Below are positions 36,858 through 47,062 of a DNA stretch of 64,000 nt, in pieces. This stretch comes from Alkalispirochaeta sp. (lineage in GTDB: Bacteria > Spirochaetota > Spirochaetia > DSM-27196 > Alkalispirochaetaceae): NCBI GenBank assembly GCA_965242725.1, contig CBDESZ010000018.1, positions 320,001 to 384,000 of the forward strand, given 5' to 3'. How positions within the stretch are numbered: position 1 is the first letter of the stretch; each line of letters begins with the position of its first letter. The position numbers and the translations under genes are program-made. Below the pieces are notes generated by a model. The model searched no databases, was not told where the DNA came from, and saw only the letters and a list, made by a program, of their open reading frames with translations.

Positions 36858-39800
36858 TAGATTCCCAGCCTCAATGCGATACGTCGCCGGAGATCGACCA
36901 GGGGCGGATAGTTCTGATTGTCACCCTGTGTCAGCAGACGTTCCGCGATGGAAAGCGCCTGCAGCGCCTGTCCCTGACTGAAGAGCGTCTCGGCCCGCCG
37001 GAAGAGCTGTTCATCCGTTGTCGAAAGTGCAACTGCCGCTTCACCCCCGACCCTGATACGAAGACGGTCCAGAAGGAAGGCGGCCTCTTCGTTGGCCGGA
37101 TTGAGCTGAATGGCCTCTTCCAGGAGGGAAATCGCAACCAGCGCCTGATCGCGGTTTCCATCGCTGAGCCCGCGGGCGCGCTGAAACAGCGATGCCGCCT
37201 GACGCTGTTCCGCCTCATCAACCGGATCGGGGCGCAGATTGAGGGCTATTTCCAATCGACGCAGCTGCTCCTGCATTCCCGGATAGTCGGGATTTATTTC
37301 CGCAAGCACTTCCAGTTCACTGTACACTTCCAACGGCCCCGCTTCATCGAGACGTGCGATTGCCTGCCGGTAGCGCGATGCAAAGACCGTTTCAAAATCG
37401 TCGGCATTTCTGATTTGGGCTATTCGCAACTCCAGCATCCGGGCATCCCAGTTCAACGGGCGCACGTCACGGACATTACGCAGATTTTCCACCGCCCGGT
37501 CAAAGAGGACGTCCGCCCGTTCCTCTCTGCCCTCTTCAACGTTGGAGACTGCGAGATTGTAATCTTCCCGGGCAATGCTTAAATAGTTGCTCAAAATCGG
37601 ATAGAGGGGATCGGTCACCGCCAGTTCCCGTCCTTCTTCAAGACTCAGCGCGGCAGTCACCAGGCGAAGAAGACGATCAATCTCCGTATTGGCCGTCACA
37701 TTGGTCTGATCCCACGTAGCCTGCGCTTCGAGCAGGGCGTCCCGGGCGCCAAGGAACTCATCCCTGGTGTACATATTGTTGGCAATCGTCAACAGTTCCC
37801 GTACGCGCCGGACGACGATAATATTTTCAAGCTCCTGCAAGGCTGAACCGAGCTCCTGAATGCGCTCATCGACGACTCGTCTGAACTCCGCGTTTTCCCG
37901 CAGTTCCAGAGAATCGAAGTACGCCTCCCTGACGGCGTTGTAGTTTGCCTTAGCTGCGGAGACCTGCATCGAATCCATTGCCGCGCGCATGTCCGCCGTT
38001 CTCTCGAGAGCCGTTTCCACCAGTCGCTCCGACTCTGCAATGAGTTCTTCAGAAACGGCTGCTCCCTGACCCGCCCGATCCATGATAGCCGACAGATCAT
38101 CCTGAAGGGAGGCCAACCGATCTGTTTCGGCAACGACCGCGGCACCGGCACGTATGTACTGCTCCTCATTCCGGATCGTATCCAACGCCTCTGTGACGGT
38201 CGCGAGCCCCTCGCCGGCGCGTTCAAGAACGCTGCGGTATCCGACAAGCGCCTCGTCGGGATACCGGGCCACACGGATGATCTCGCCGCCTTCTCCACTT
38301 GTTTCCGCCACACCTTCATTGAGGGGAACCAGTTCCCCGAATTCATCCTCCATAAGCGCAACCGCCTGAGGTATGCCCTCGGTCTTCAGCGCGGCGATCC
38401 GTTGTACAAGCAACCGTTCCCGGTCGATCGCCCTGTTGGTGGCGGAAGTCCAGCGCACATCCGTCCCGGAGAGGTAGTCGTCCAGGAGGGTGCTCAGGTA
38501 ACCGTCGGGAAGTTCCCGGTACCGTTGTTCCACTTCGACCCACCGACTGCTGCCGTTCTGCAGTGCATCCACCACACCGGCGGTTGTGCGTTTCCGTTCC
38601 TCCAGGGATGCGAGCGTCGCGGGAACAGCCCCTGATTCGACGGGAACGGCGTTGAACGGAATCATCGCCGCCGCCACGTCGGTGAGGCTCTCTGCCGCGT
38701 CCGTCAACCCCGTAACGGTAACCATTTCCCGTCCGCCGTCGGGACTGTAATTTTCCGCAACCGTTTCCGGGGGCGGAATATCATCGAAGAGTCCGGCCAG
38801 CGCCGCCTCGTAGACGAGCCATTGCCGCGACTGATCGGCGGCGGCACGGAACTCCGCGGCGGCGAATTCAAAGGTATTCGCATCCATGGAGGACTCTCCC
38901 GTCTGGAGACGGTCCAGGGTCCTTTCACGGCCGGCGGCGATCAACGGTGCAAGCTGATCCCTGTACGCCTGTTCCACGGCGTACGCGAGTCCCTCTTCAC
39001 CGCGATGGGCGGGACGTCCACGGACGATCGTTTCCTGAAAGTTGAGGTACCAGTCTACTGGCCTGTCCGGGAAGAGGAGCGGAACCTGTGACCGTACCGC
39101 CGCAACCTCGACGGATATCCGTTCCACATCGCTGCGGACCTGGAAGAGTTCCTCCGCCTGTGACAGGAAGCCGTTCCGTATCGTTTCGTCGATTGTCGTC
39201 AGATCACCCGCCGCGGCCGTGCGGGCAAGCTCACCGCGTTCCCGATAGGGTTCCAGTCGCGCAAAAAATTCGTCCCGAATTATCCCGATTCGTGATATGA
39301 GGGCGTCCACGGTATCGATAAAGATGTCACCATATCCACGGGCTTCAAACCGGTCCCGTTGGAGCTCCCGGAGTGAAAAATAGATGTCCACCGCCTGCCG
39401 ATACTCCCGGGATGCCAGGTGGCGCGCCGCCTCATCCATTCGCTCGTCGACGATATTTCGGTCGTATGCAAGTTGTGCGACGATACGGGCATCTTCTATT
39501 TGACTGATTACCCGTTCATTGGGAAACTCATCGAGAGCTTCCATTTGATCTATAATGTGAAGCGTCCTCTCTATGTCGTCGGGATTATTCACGAGATTGT
39601 CTATGAGCTGGTCGAAAAGCACCGTGTACTCACCGCGAATTTCCCGAATCGTCCGCAGCAGCGCCTCCGCCTGATGAATGCGTTCCGGGTCTTCCCGTAC
39701 CGTCTGCTCCAGGAGGAGTATCGCTTCATTTATACGATTTTCCCCTACAAGCTGACGCGCCGTTCGTATCGGGTCCTCCGATTGGCCCCGGCCGGCCAGC

Positions 39801-39862
39801 GAAAAGGGTATGAGAATGGTAAATAATATGGAGAAAAGTGTGATCGTTACGTTTTTGTGCAT
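36857..39862 (-). CDS. Large exported alpha-helical/TPR-like protein (1001 aa)
   Basis: Signal peptide ending SLA; TPR-like N- and C-terminal segments (EAILLLEQ, LLEEAIQLNPAN); TAATG overlap with the phosphatase gene. Confidence 0.75.
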   Translation of the reverse strand: MHKNVTITLFSILFTILIPFSLAGRGQSEDPIRTARQLVGENRINEAILLLEQTVREDPERIHQAEALLRTIREIRGEYTVLFDQLIDNLVNNPDDIERTLHIIDQMEALDEFPNERVISQIEDARIVAQLAYDRNIVDERMDEAARHLASREYRQAVDIYFSLRELQRDRFEARGYGDIFIDTVDALISRIGIIRDEFFARLEPYRERGELARTAAAGDLTTIDETIRNGFLSQAEELFQVRSDVERISVEVAAVRSQVPLLFPDRPVDWYLNFQETIVRGRPAHRGEEGLAYAVEQAYRDQLAPLIAAGRERTLDRLQTGESSMDANTFEFAAAEFRAAADQSRQWLVYEAALAGLFDDIPPPETVAENYSPDGGREMVTVTGLTDAAESLTDVAAAMIPFNAVPVESGAVPATLASLEERKRTTAGVVDALQNGSSRWVEVEQRYRELPDGYLSTLLDDYLSGTDVRWTSATNRAIDRERLLVQRIAALKTEGIPQAVALMEDEFGELVPLNEGVAETSGEGGEIIRVARYPDEALVGYRSVLERAGEGLATVTEALDTIRNEEQYIRAGAAVVAETDRLASLQDDLSAIMDRAGQGAAVSEELIAESERLVETALERTADMRAAMDSMQVSAAKANYNAVREAYFDSLELRENAEFRRVVDERIQELGSALQELENIIVVRRVRELLTIANNMYTRDEFLGARDALLEAQATWDQTNVTANTEIDRLLRLVTAALSLEEGRELAVTDPLYPILSNYLSIAREDYNLAVSNVEEGREERADVLFDRAVENLRNVRDVRPLNWDARMLELRIAQIRNADDFETVFASRYRQAIARLDEAGPLEVYSELEVLAEINPDYPGMQEQLRRLEIALNLRPDPVDEAEQRQAASLFQRARGLSDGNRDQALVAISLLEEAIQLNPANEEAAFLLDRLRIRVGGEAAVALSTTDEQLFRRAETLFSQGQALQALSIAERLLTQGDNQNYPPLVDLRRRIALRLGI

Positions 39863-39900
39863 CCCCTACCCGTCAACAGTTTATCACCGTGACACTGTAT

Positions 39901-39920
39901 TCGCCATACCGGTATGCCGA
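39901..39920. promoter_or_regulatory. Palindromic candidate operator between divergent genes
   Basis: TCG-C-CATACCGGTATG-C-CGA, a 20-bp dyad with one mismatched pair. Confidence 0.4.
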
Positions 39921-39956
39921 TACCCCTTATAGAATAATCGACCACGACGGGATACA

Positions 39957-41249
39957 ATGAAGCGTAAGGTGAAGGGCCAGACAAACCAATTCCGACTCAC
40001 GATTATCCTCTTCTCGGTATTCTCAGGAATTGCTGCGTCTCTTTCCGCAGCCGGCGTCCCCGAGGACGCGTTCAGCACGTGGTACGGGGATATCACCGGC
40101 GATTACCGTACCGGGGAGGTCGACAACACCGGCCTGACCGTCTTCCCCACCCTCGAGATCCCCATGGGTGGTGAATACGAAGCCCTCGGATCGGCGTATG
40201 TCGCCGCCGCCAGGGATATTACCTACCTTGAGGCAAACCCGGCGGCGAGCTCCTCCCTCAATACCACAGAGCTCGCCGTCTTTCACAATAACCTCATCGC
40301 CGACACCAATATGGAAAGTGTGGCCTATACCACCCGGGTCAACAACTTCGGCATGGGCATGGGTGTGAAATATCTTCACGTTCCCTTTACCGAGTACGAC
40401 GACTTCGGCGTCCAGCAGGCAACGGCACGATACAGTGAGGGCATTGTCACCTTCAATGGCTCGTACAATTTTTTCAACAGCTTTTATTTCAGCGGTATTT
40501 CCGCCGGAACCAACATCAAGGCGGCCTATCGCAGGATTCCGGACGTTATCGTTCCCGGCCAATCGGCTGCATCGGTCATGGCCGACGTCGGGCTCATGAC
40601 GCGAATGAACGTCCTGAAATTCTTTCCGTCCCGGAGCAGAAACTTTACCATCGGGACGGTCTTGCGCAATGTAGGCCCCACCGTCCTCGGAGAGCCACTG
40701 CCGACGTCGTGGAACAGCGGCATTTCCTATTCACCGATCCGCCCCCTTCTCCTCTCCGCCGACATCAATGTCCCCCTTTTGCCCTTTTCCGATACACCCA
40801 CGCCGCCGATCGGCTACGGCATCGGAGGCGCCGCGACGATCACGGACTTTTTCACCATTCGGGGAGGGTATCAGCTGAAGGGAGGTAATCCCCGGGTGAG
40901 CATGGGCGGAAGCGTACGCTTCCAGGATGTGACGGTTGCGGTAAATTACACACTGGATATGACGACGCAACTCGCCGCGTTTGACCGATTCAGCCTGCAA
41001 GCCGGCTTTTCCCTGGGAGATCGGGGACGTTCAGCGCGGGATCACACAGTTCGCTCCTATTATCTTGATGCCCTGGAGGCGTTTGCCGTCGGGGATCTGG
41101 AAGAGACGATTGAGCTCACTGAGCGGGCACTTGAAATAGACAAGACCTTCCAGCCTGCGGCGGAAACGCTCCACATGGCGCGTCAAATGCTGGAACTGCA
41201 GCTTCAAATGGAGCGGGTACGTCTGGAAGATCCCGAGCCCGAAGACTAA
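39957..41249 (+). CDS. UPF0164-family (FadL/PorV-like) outer-membrane barrel with C-terminal TPR
   Basis: Signal peptide; IPMGGEYEALGSAY, EANPAASS, FHNNLIAD, LRNVG; alternating beta strands; helical TPR-like tail. Confidence 0.8.
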   Translation: MKRKVKGQTNQFRLTIILFSVFSGIAASLSAAGVPEDAFSTWYGDITGDYRTGEVDNTGLTVFPTLEIPMGGEYEALGSAYVAAARDITYLEANPAASSSLNTTELAVFHNNLIADTNMESVAYTTRVNNFGMGMGVKYLHVPFTEYDDFGVQQATARYSEGIVTFNGSYNFFNSFYFSGISAGTNIKAAYRRIPDVIVPGQSAASVMADVGLMTRMNVLKFFPSRSRNFTIGTVLRNVGPTVLGEPLPTSWNSGISYSPIRPLLLSADINVPLLPFSDTPTPPIGYGIGGAATITDFFTIRGGYQLKGGNPRVSMGGSVRFQDVTVAVNYTLDMTTQLAAFDRFSLQAGFSLGDRGRSARDHTVRSYYLDALEAFAVGDLEETIELTERALEIDKTFQPAAETLHMARQMLELQLQMERVRLEDPEPED

Positions 41250-41267
41250 GAGTCCTCCTCGTTCCGG

Positions 41268-42080
41268 TCACGTTCCCCGCATGAGAGACCGAATACGCGC
41301 GACGATGCCGCGTTTTTTTTCACCTTCGTCCGTGACGATGGTCGCACTTGCCTGGGGAATGGAGAGTTCCCTGTCGGAGATCACAATATACACAAGGGTC
41401 CGTTTGAAAACCGATGCCCCGTCGCCGGATCCCGACGATGTCCCCACCGTCCGCCCGAAGATTCCGGCATAACTCATTTCAATTCCGTTCACCAGAACGG
41501 TACCCCGTCCCTTTCCGGAAAGAAGTGCCGATGACAGCGCCGCCGCCGGCGGATCAAGAACCGGCGTCTTCCGTCCTTGTTCGTTTTCCCCTGTTTCTGC
41601 CCACCCCGCGCTGGTATAGAGCACCGATCCGGCCCCCGAGAGGACGATAATGTGGTGGTCCCCTATATTCCGCATTATTGTCTCGATGAGCGTCTTTTGC
41701 GCCTTGATCCGTCCACTCTTTACCGTCGACAACCGGGACAACTCGTTGCCGTATTCCTGGATAAGTGCTCCGAGCCGGGAAAATTCTCCGACGCCGGTTA
41801 TCCCGTCCCCGCTTTTTCCGCTCGCCCTTACCTTTGAGAGTTCCCGTTCCAGCCGGTAGCTTCTCCGTGAGACGACAAAATACCACAGCGGAATAAAGAT
41901 AATGACAAGGGCGCCGATGCCCGCCGTTCCTTCAACAATCCATTGCCGGGAGGGTGAAACGTCCTGATAGACACGCATCAGGGTAAAGAGGGTGGCCCCG
42001 CCGCCGATCAGGCCGGGTACCACTCCGGCGAGTATCCAGCGCCGGGGTATCAGAAAGGTTGCCGGCTCGTTGGTTTTCAT
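41268..42080 (-). CDS. Hypothetical 2-TM membrane protein with HAMP/PAS-like cytoplasmic part
   Basis: Two hydrophobic segments; starts 1 nt after the ktrA stop. Confidence 0.55.
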   Translation of the reverse strand: MKTNEPATFLIPRRWILAGVVPGLIGGGATLFTLMRVYQDVSPSRQWIVEGTAGIGALVIIFIPLWYFVVSRRSYRLERELSKVRASGKSGDGITGVGEFSRLGALIQEYGNELSRLSTVKSGRIKAQKTLIETIMRNIGDHHIIVLSGAGSVLYTSAGWAETGENEQGRKTPVLDPPAAALSSALLSGKGRGTVLVNGIEMSYAGIFGRTVGTSSGSGDGASVFKRTLVYIVISDRELSIPQASATIVTDEGEKKRGIVARIRSLMRGT

Positions 42081-42081
42081 C

Positions 42082-42774
42082 TTACCGGTCTTCCCTGGCG
42101 AATGCCGCGATGTCGTATTCCTGGCCGATGAGGAGGAGCCGATCGAGCTTCCCCACCACCGTCGCCGCCTCGGGCAGGACAAAGCGAGTCTGTGAAATTT
42201 CGTTGCCATCCTCGTCGGTCGTGAATTCCATGCGGCGAATACCGACGACATTTATCTTGAACCGTTTTCGCAGGTCCAGCTCCATGAGCGTCTTGCCCTG
42301 TATGGGCGAAGGAGGATCAACGGCGACAAACTGGTATGCATCTTCAAGGACCGCCAGACTTTCGAGGCCGCCCTGAACGAGTTCTCCAGCGAGGCGGTCC
42401 GCCGCCTGTGACTCAGGGTTTATGATACGGGTGACACCAAGCTTCTCAAGAATTTTGCGGTGGACCGTACTCACCGCACGGGCGTATATCAGCTCAACCC
42501 CGAGCTCCTGCAGATTCAGGGTGGTGATAACACTGCCTTCGGTGTGTTCACCGATCGCAACGATAACGGCATCGGCATCGGAAACGTCGGCCCGCTTCAG
42601 TATCGCCGGATCGGTACTGTCGCCGATCATTGCGCGGTCGACGACGTCTTTCATGAGCTCCACATTGTCGGCGATGCTGTCGACGGCAATTACCTCCGCG
42701 CCTGCCCGCTTCAATGACCTGCACAGAAATTGACCGAAGGTCCCAAGCCCAAGAACGACCACTTTCTTGCTCAT
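42082..42774 (-). CDS. ktrA: Ktr/Trk potassium uptake regulatory (RCK) subunit
   Basis: GLGTFG, GDST, VAIG, LEKLGV.RIINPE, C-terminal TrkA-C. Confidence 0.9.
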   Translation of the reverse strand: MSKKVVVLGLGTFGQFLCRSLKRAGAEVIAVDSIADNVELMKDVVDRAMIGDSTDPAILKRADVSDADAVIVAIGEHTEGSVITTLNLQELGVELIYARAVSTVHRKILEKLGVTRIINPESQAADRLAGELVQGGLESLAVLEDAYQFVAVDPPSPIQGKTLMELDLRKRFKINVVGIRRMEFTTDEDGNEISQTRFVLPEAATVVGKLDRLLLIGQEYDIAAFAREDR

Positions 42775-42789
42775 TCGTCTCCTCCATGC

Positions 42790-44193
42790 TCAACCGATAG
42801 GTACGACGCCGTCGGGATACCGCACATCGGTACCCCGTTTTCTCGGCCGCAGAGCTACCACGAGTGTCAAAGGCCCCAACCGACCGATAAACATCAACAC
42901 GATTATGAGAAATTTCCCGAGGGCGCTCAAATCTGCGGTGAGACCCGCACTCAGCCCGACGGTGCCAAGGGCGGAAACAATTTCAAAGAGAATTACTTCA
43001 AGCACCGCTTCCTCGCTCATCACCATGATGATCGCCGCCATACCGACGATCACGATTCCGCCGACCACGAGGATATACGCCTCGGAAATGGTCCTACGGG
43101 GTACCCGCCGATAAAAGAGCACCGCATCGTTGTCGCCTCGAAGGAAACGGCGCACATCGGCCCCTATCGCCGCAACGGTTCCGAGTTTTACTCCCCCTGC
43201 GGTTCCGCCGGTGGCCGCCCCGATAAACATGAACGGCACCATCACAAGCAATGTTGCCGGTGCAAGAAGAGAAATATCAATGGTGTTGAAACCGGCGGTA
43301 CGGAGCGTGACGGACTGGAAAAAAGCCTGAAGGTATTTAACGGCGAGATCGCTGTTCCCGAGTACCCCACTTCGTTCCAGAAGGTAAATAGCCACAAATC
43401 CGGCGATGATGAGGATCGCCGTACCCCGCACGGCGATGACCGTGGATTCCGATTTCAGATATCGCAATACCGGTCGGCGACGAAAAACGAGAGGCGTTGA
43501 TGCGTCGGCGCGGAGGGGAAAAAAGTAGCGAAAGACCTTCACCAGATCGTCACGAAGTACCGTCAGGGTAAAAAACCCTATTCCGCCGGCAATGATAAGT
43601 GCCGCGACGGTTACATTGACGAGGACATTGTCGGTAAATCTCATCAGACTGTCCGAGAAGAGGGAGAACCCGGCGTTACAGAACGCCGAAACGGCGTGAA
43701 AGGCGGCGAGCCACACGGCGTTTCCGGACCCCGCGCCTTTCATCGGCATCACGAGCAGCAGCGTCCCTATTACTTCGATGGTAATCGTAAAGAAGAGCAC
43801 GCTGAGTAGCTGACGTTTCAATGAGGTTCGGTCCTCTTCATTAAGCATATAGGAAAGAAGTTCCGTTTCGCCCACGGAGAGACGCTTCCGGGTCATGAAT
43901 ACGACGGCGAGAGAGAACGCCATGATTCCGAGCCCCCCGATTTGTATGAGAAGCAGAATTACCGCGTGTCCGAAGGTCGAGAAAAATACCGGGGTATCAA
44001 CGACGATGAGACCCGTCACGCATACCGCCGATACTGCCGTAAAAAATGCGTCAAGGAACGGGAACGGTTCCGTCGAAACGGTCGCTATCGGAAGCATGAG
44101 GAGGGCCGCTCCCGCAAGTGCGACGAGAATAAAAGAGAGAATGATTATTCTCGCGGGACGTTCCCACAGCAGGACGACGAGCCGTCGTATCAC
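42790..44193 (-). CDS. ktrB: Ktr/Trk potassium uptake membrane subunit
   Basis: Four pore motifs SAVCVTGL, SAFCNAGF, RTAGF, SALGTVGL; MFIGRLGPLT. Confidence 0.92.
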   Translation of the reverse strand: MIRRLVVLLWERPARIIILSFILVALAGAALLMLPIATVSTEPFPFLDAFFTAVSAVCVTGLIVVDTPVFFSTFGHAVILLLIQIGGLGIMAFSLAVVFMTRKRLSVGETELLSYMLNEEDRTSLKRQLLSVLFFTITIEVIGTLLLVMPMKGAGSGNAVWLAAFHAVSAFCNAGFSLFSDSLMRFTDNVLVNVTVAALIIAGGIGFFTLTVLRDDLVKVFRYFFPLRADASTPLVFRRRPVLRYLKSESTVIAVRGTAILIIAGFVAIYLLERSGVLGNSDLAVKYLQAFFQSVTLRTAGFNTIDISLLAPATLLVMVPFMFIGAATGGTAGGVKLGTVAAIGADVRRFLRGDNDAVLFYRRVPRRTISEAYILVVGGIVIVGMAAIIMVMSEEAVLEVILFEIVSALGTVGLSAGLTADLSALGKFLIIVLMFIGRLGPLTLVVALRPRKRGTDVRYPDGVVPIG

Positions 44194-45179
44194 GGGAGAA
44201 GCCCTGCCTTTCTGATAACCGACATCGCCGCCAGTCCATCTTTCAACGTCGACCTTGAGGCGGCGGAGGGATCATCGGCGAGTCGCACCGCTTCCGCCAT
44301 CATGCCTGAAAAATAATCACTGGGACGGGGAGGCCGATACTCGGCATTCATCAACGAACGATAGGCGGAGTAATGGAGGCTTGGGCGGCTTCGGGACCAG
44401 GAAAAAATCCCGTTGCCTACCCGTATTTCCCCGTCGGAAAATGAGAGAACTATCTCAAAATGCAGATAGTTGCGCTGTGCGCCGATCTCGATTGCCACCG
44501 GTACGCCGTCACGGCGGGTCGTTCCGTGGAGAAATACTGAAGATCGGGTACTGCGGTACCGACCGACTTTCCTCCTGAGAGTAATCTCGTCGTCCGTGAG
44601 GAAATGGATAGCGTCCACCATGTGCGTCCCGTCGTGCAGAAACACGTGATCATGGCGCGCGGAGGAGCCGAAGTAGAGTCTTCCTGTTACACCGATAAGT
44701 TTTCCAAGCTCCCCGTTCAGAACCGCCGCCCGTGAGCGCAGATAGTCCCGGGAGAAACGCCGTTCGTGGTTTACCACCACTTTCACCTTCCCCGTATCCT
44801 CCAGAGCCGCCATCTTGCGACCGATGTGATAGGTGGGGGCCACAGGTTTTTCACAAATGACGACGGGCGTTCCGTATTCTGCTGCGGTACGCACATATTG
44901 GTAGTGCGTCGGCGGGTGCGTCGCAATGACAAGGATATCCGGTCGTTCCACATTCATGAACTCGGCAACTGTCGAATAGGTCGGCACCGACCACCGACGG
45001 GAGAAAAGTTCTCGCCGCTCCTCCGCCGTATCAACACCGCCGACAATACGGCACCGGCTGTTTACAGCCGCTGCACCGGCGTGAGTCGCAGGCTTCTCCC
45101 GAAGGGGATCATCCTCCAGCAGTGACGCGATCCGCCCGAGTCCCACAAAACCGACCAGAATTGACCGTTCCCGTTCCAT
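44190..45179 (-). CDS. Gfo/Idh/MocA-family oxidoreductase
   Basis: GLGRIA, ICEKP, VNHERRF, HDGTHMVD. Confidence 0.88.
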   Translation of the reverse strand: MERERSILVGFVGLGRIASLLEDDPLREKPATHAGAAAVNSRCRIVGGVDTAEERRELFSRRWSVPTYSTVAEFMNVERPDILVIATHPPTHYQYVRTAAEYGTPVVICEKPVAPTYHIGRKMAALEDTGKVKVVVNHERRFSRDYLRSRAAVLNGELGKLIGVTGRLYFGSSARHDHVFLHDGTHMVDAIHFLTDDEITLRRKVGRYRSTRSSVFLHGTTRRDGVPVAIEIGAQRNYLHFEIVLSFSDGEIRVGNGIFSWSRSRPSLHYSAYRSLMNAEYRPPRPSDYFSGMMAEAVRLADDPSAASRSTLKDGLAAMSVIRKAGLLP

Positions 45180-45199
45180 TGACTCACCTGAAAGGGGGA

Positions 45200-45781
45200 T
45201 TACAAATAGGGTTTGACATCGGTAATGATCATGCCCGCCGCTTTTGCTGCGGCGAGGCCGACGGGACTGTCCTCGAATACATGGCACTTTGTAGGCGCCA
45301 CGCCCAGGCGGCGGGCGCTTTCAAGAAAGACGTCAGGTGCCGGTTTCGGTCGTTCCACATCGTCCGCGGTTACCAGCACCTGAAAGAGCGACGAAAGCCC
45401 GCAGGTACGCAGGACAATATTGCTGACGCCGAAATTCTCATTGGTCGCGGCGGCGACGGGGTATTTCCCCTGTGCATCGTGCACCAGTTCCAGAATCGCC
45501 GGAAAGGGATGAATCCGCGGCGCGTGGCGAATATACGCCTGGTCTTTAGCCATTGTCACGACATCAGGGTCCATGGCTGTGTGAAAGCGACGGTTCAACT
45601 CACCGGCGATGCTCCTGCTCGTTTGACCGGCAACTGAAAAAAAGAGTTCCCTGGTCATATCGATTCCATAGGGTGCGACGGTCTCGCGCCACGCCTGATA
45701 GTGTACATCCAGCGTATCGAGCACCGTTCCGTCGATATCAAAGATAAGCGCTTCGGCCTGGGGATCGGGTTGTAGCGTCAC
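45200..45781 (-). CDS. HAD-family phosphatase (YqaB/beta-PGM-like)
   Basis: FDIDGT, KPAPDVF, FEDSPVG. Confidence 0.9.
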   Translation of the reverse strand: MTLQPDPQAEALIFDIDGTVLDTLDVHYQAWRETVAPYGIDMTRELFFSVAGQTSRSIAGELNRRFHTAMDPDVVTMAKDQAYIRHAPRIHPFPAILELVHDAQGKYPVAAATNENFGVSNIVLRTCGLSSLFQVLVTADDVERPKPAPDVFLESARRLGVAPTKCHVFEDSPVGLAAAKAAGMIITDVKPYL

Positions 45782-47007
45782 AGTACGATTTTTCCTTTTG
45801 AAATAATACGAATTGACGAGCCGTCGGGACGCAGTCCGTCGACGTCGGTATCGTCACTTCCGATCATGAAGTCGAGGTGCTGCCTGCTGCGATTGGCGCC
45901 GACCTCCTCCAGCTCTTCATCACTCATCGCGGTGCCGCCGCGAAGGCAGGAGGGATAGGCCGAACCGAGGGCAAAATGGCACGCCGCGTTTTCATCGAGG
46001 AGGATGTTTTCAAATACGAGTCCCGATGTGCTGATCGGTGAACGGTCATCGACCAGAGCGATCTCGCCCATGCGAAGACTCCCTTCATCTCCCGAGAGAA
46101 ACTCCGTGAGCAGATCTCTCCCGGCCAGGGCATCATATTCGACAACGTTCCCGCCTTCAAAGCGAAAAGTCGCACCCTTTACCAACCCGCCCATCACACG
46201 TACCGGGCGTGTCACGGCGACTTTTCCCGTTACACCCAGGGCGAACGGTGCCGTATATACCTCTTCCGTCGGTATATTGGGGGAAAAGGGCACTCCATCC
46301 TGTGTCACCGAACCGCCGCCGTGCCATATCGCGGACTCATGGAGGGGGATCTCTATTTCCGTACCTTCATCGTACATACGGAGAGCCCGCAGGTTGAGGT
46401 CCGTCAACACTTCGGCTCGCTTTTGCAGTTCCGCCCCTTTCCGGCGCCAGAATTCCCCCGCATCTTCCCGGTCGAGATGGAGTATGGGTATCAGCACCTC
46501 CCACATCGCCTGCAAGGCCTGATCGGGATCGGATATGTCCATGACTCGCATCGCCCATTGCGGCGCAGGCGGCGGCATGACCAGCCACTGAGTGATATTG
46601 GCTCCCAGCCCGCGTCGCATCGGTGCATCGACGCTGCTCATTGCATGGTCCGCAATACCCGTCCGCCGGGAGTCCATATCATCGAAAATTGTGGGGTATA
46701 CGGGACTTTTCAGTGACAAGAGCGCCCATTTGTCGCGAAGCAGTTCAGCGTTGCGCAGCGCCCGATATCCGGGAAGATAGTCCAGATACTCCTCGCGGGA
46801 GTTCTCCAGGCGGCTGCGATGGAATCGCTCCGATTCGGGCCACATATCGACGTATCGGACGCCGCGCCGATACGCTTCCGACGCCACCGCAACGGCGACA
46901 TCCATCTGCTCAGGTTTCATCTTTATGGCCAGGGATTGACCGGGCCTGATATTGAGACCCGTCAGCGCCACATCGGCAAACCGGCTATACAACAGCTCTG
47001 ATTCCAT
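45778..47007 (-). CDS. Aminopeptidase, M29 family (AmpS/PepS-like)
   Basis: NIPTEEVYTAP, GEIAL, LDENAACHFALG, NRSRQHLDFMIG; start 47007 chosen from promoter spacing (ORF open to 47016). Confidence 0.93.
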   Translation of the reverse strand: MESELLYSRFADVALTGLNIRPGQSLAIKMKPEQMDVAVAVASEAYRRGVRYVDMWPESERFHRSRLENSREEYLDYLPGYRALRNAELLRDKWALLSLKSPVYPTIFDDMDSRRTGIADHAMSSVDAPMRRGLGANITQWLVMPPPAPQWAMRVMDISDPDQALQAMWEVLIPILHLDREDAGEFWRRKGAELQKRAEVLTDLNLRALRMYDEGTEIEIPLHESAIWHGGGSVTQDGVPFSPNIPTEEVYTAPFALGVTGKVAVTRPVRVMGGLVKGATFRFEGGNVVEYDALAGRDLLTEFLSGDEGSLRMGEIALVDDRSPISTSGLVFENILLDENAACHFALGSAYPSCLRGGTAMSDEELEEVGANRSRQHLDFMIGSDDTDVDGLRPDGSSIRIISKGKIVL

Positions 47008-47062
47008 TGGCATCATATTAGCATGAACGTCGACGGGCGTGTATACTGAGGGCGGACTGCAT

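Noticed and set aside
39897..39923. Sigma28 promoter (GCCGATAC) upstream of the UPF0164 gene
   Set aside because: No TAAA-like -35 at 15-nt spacing
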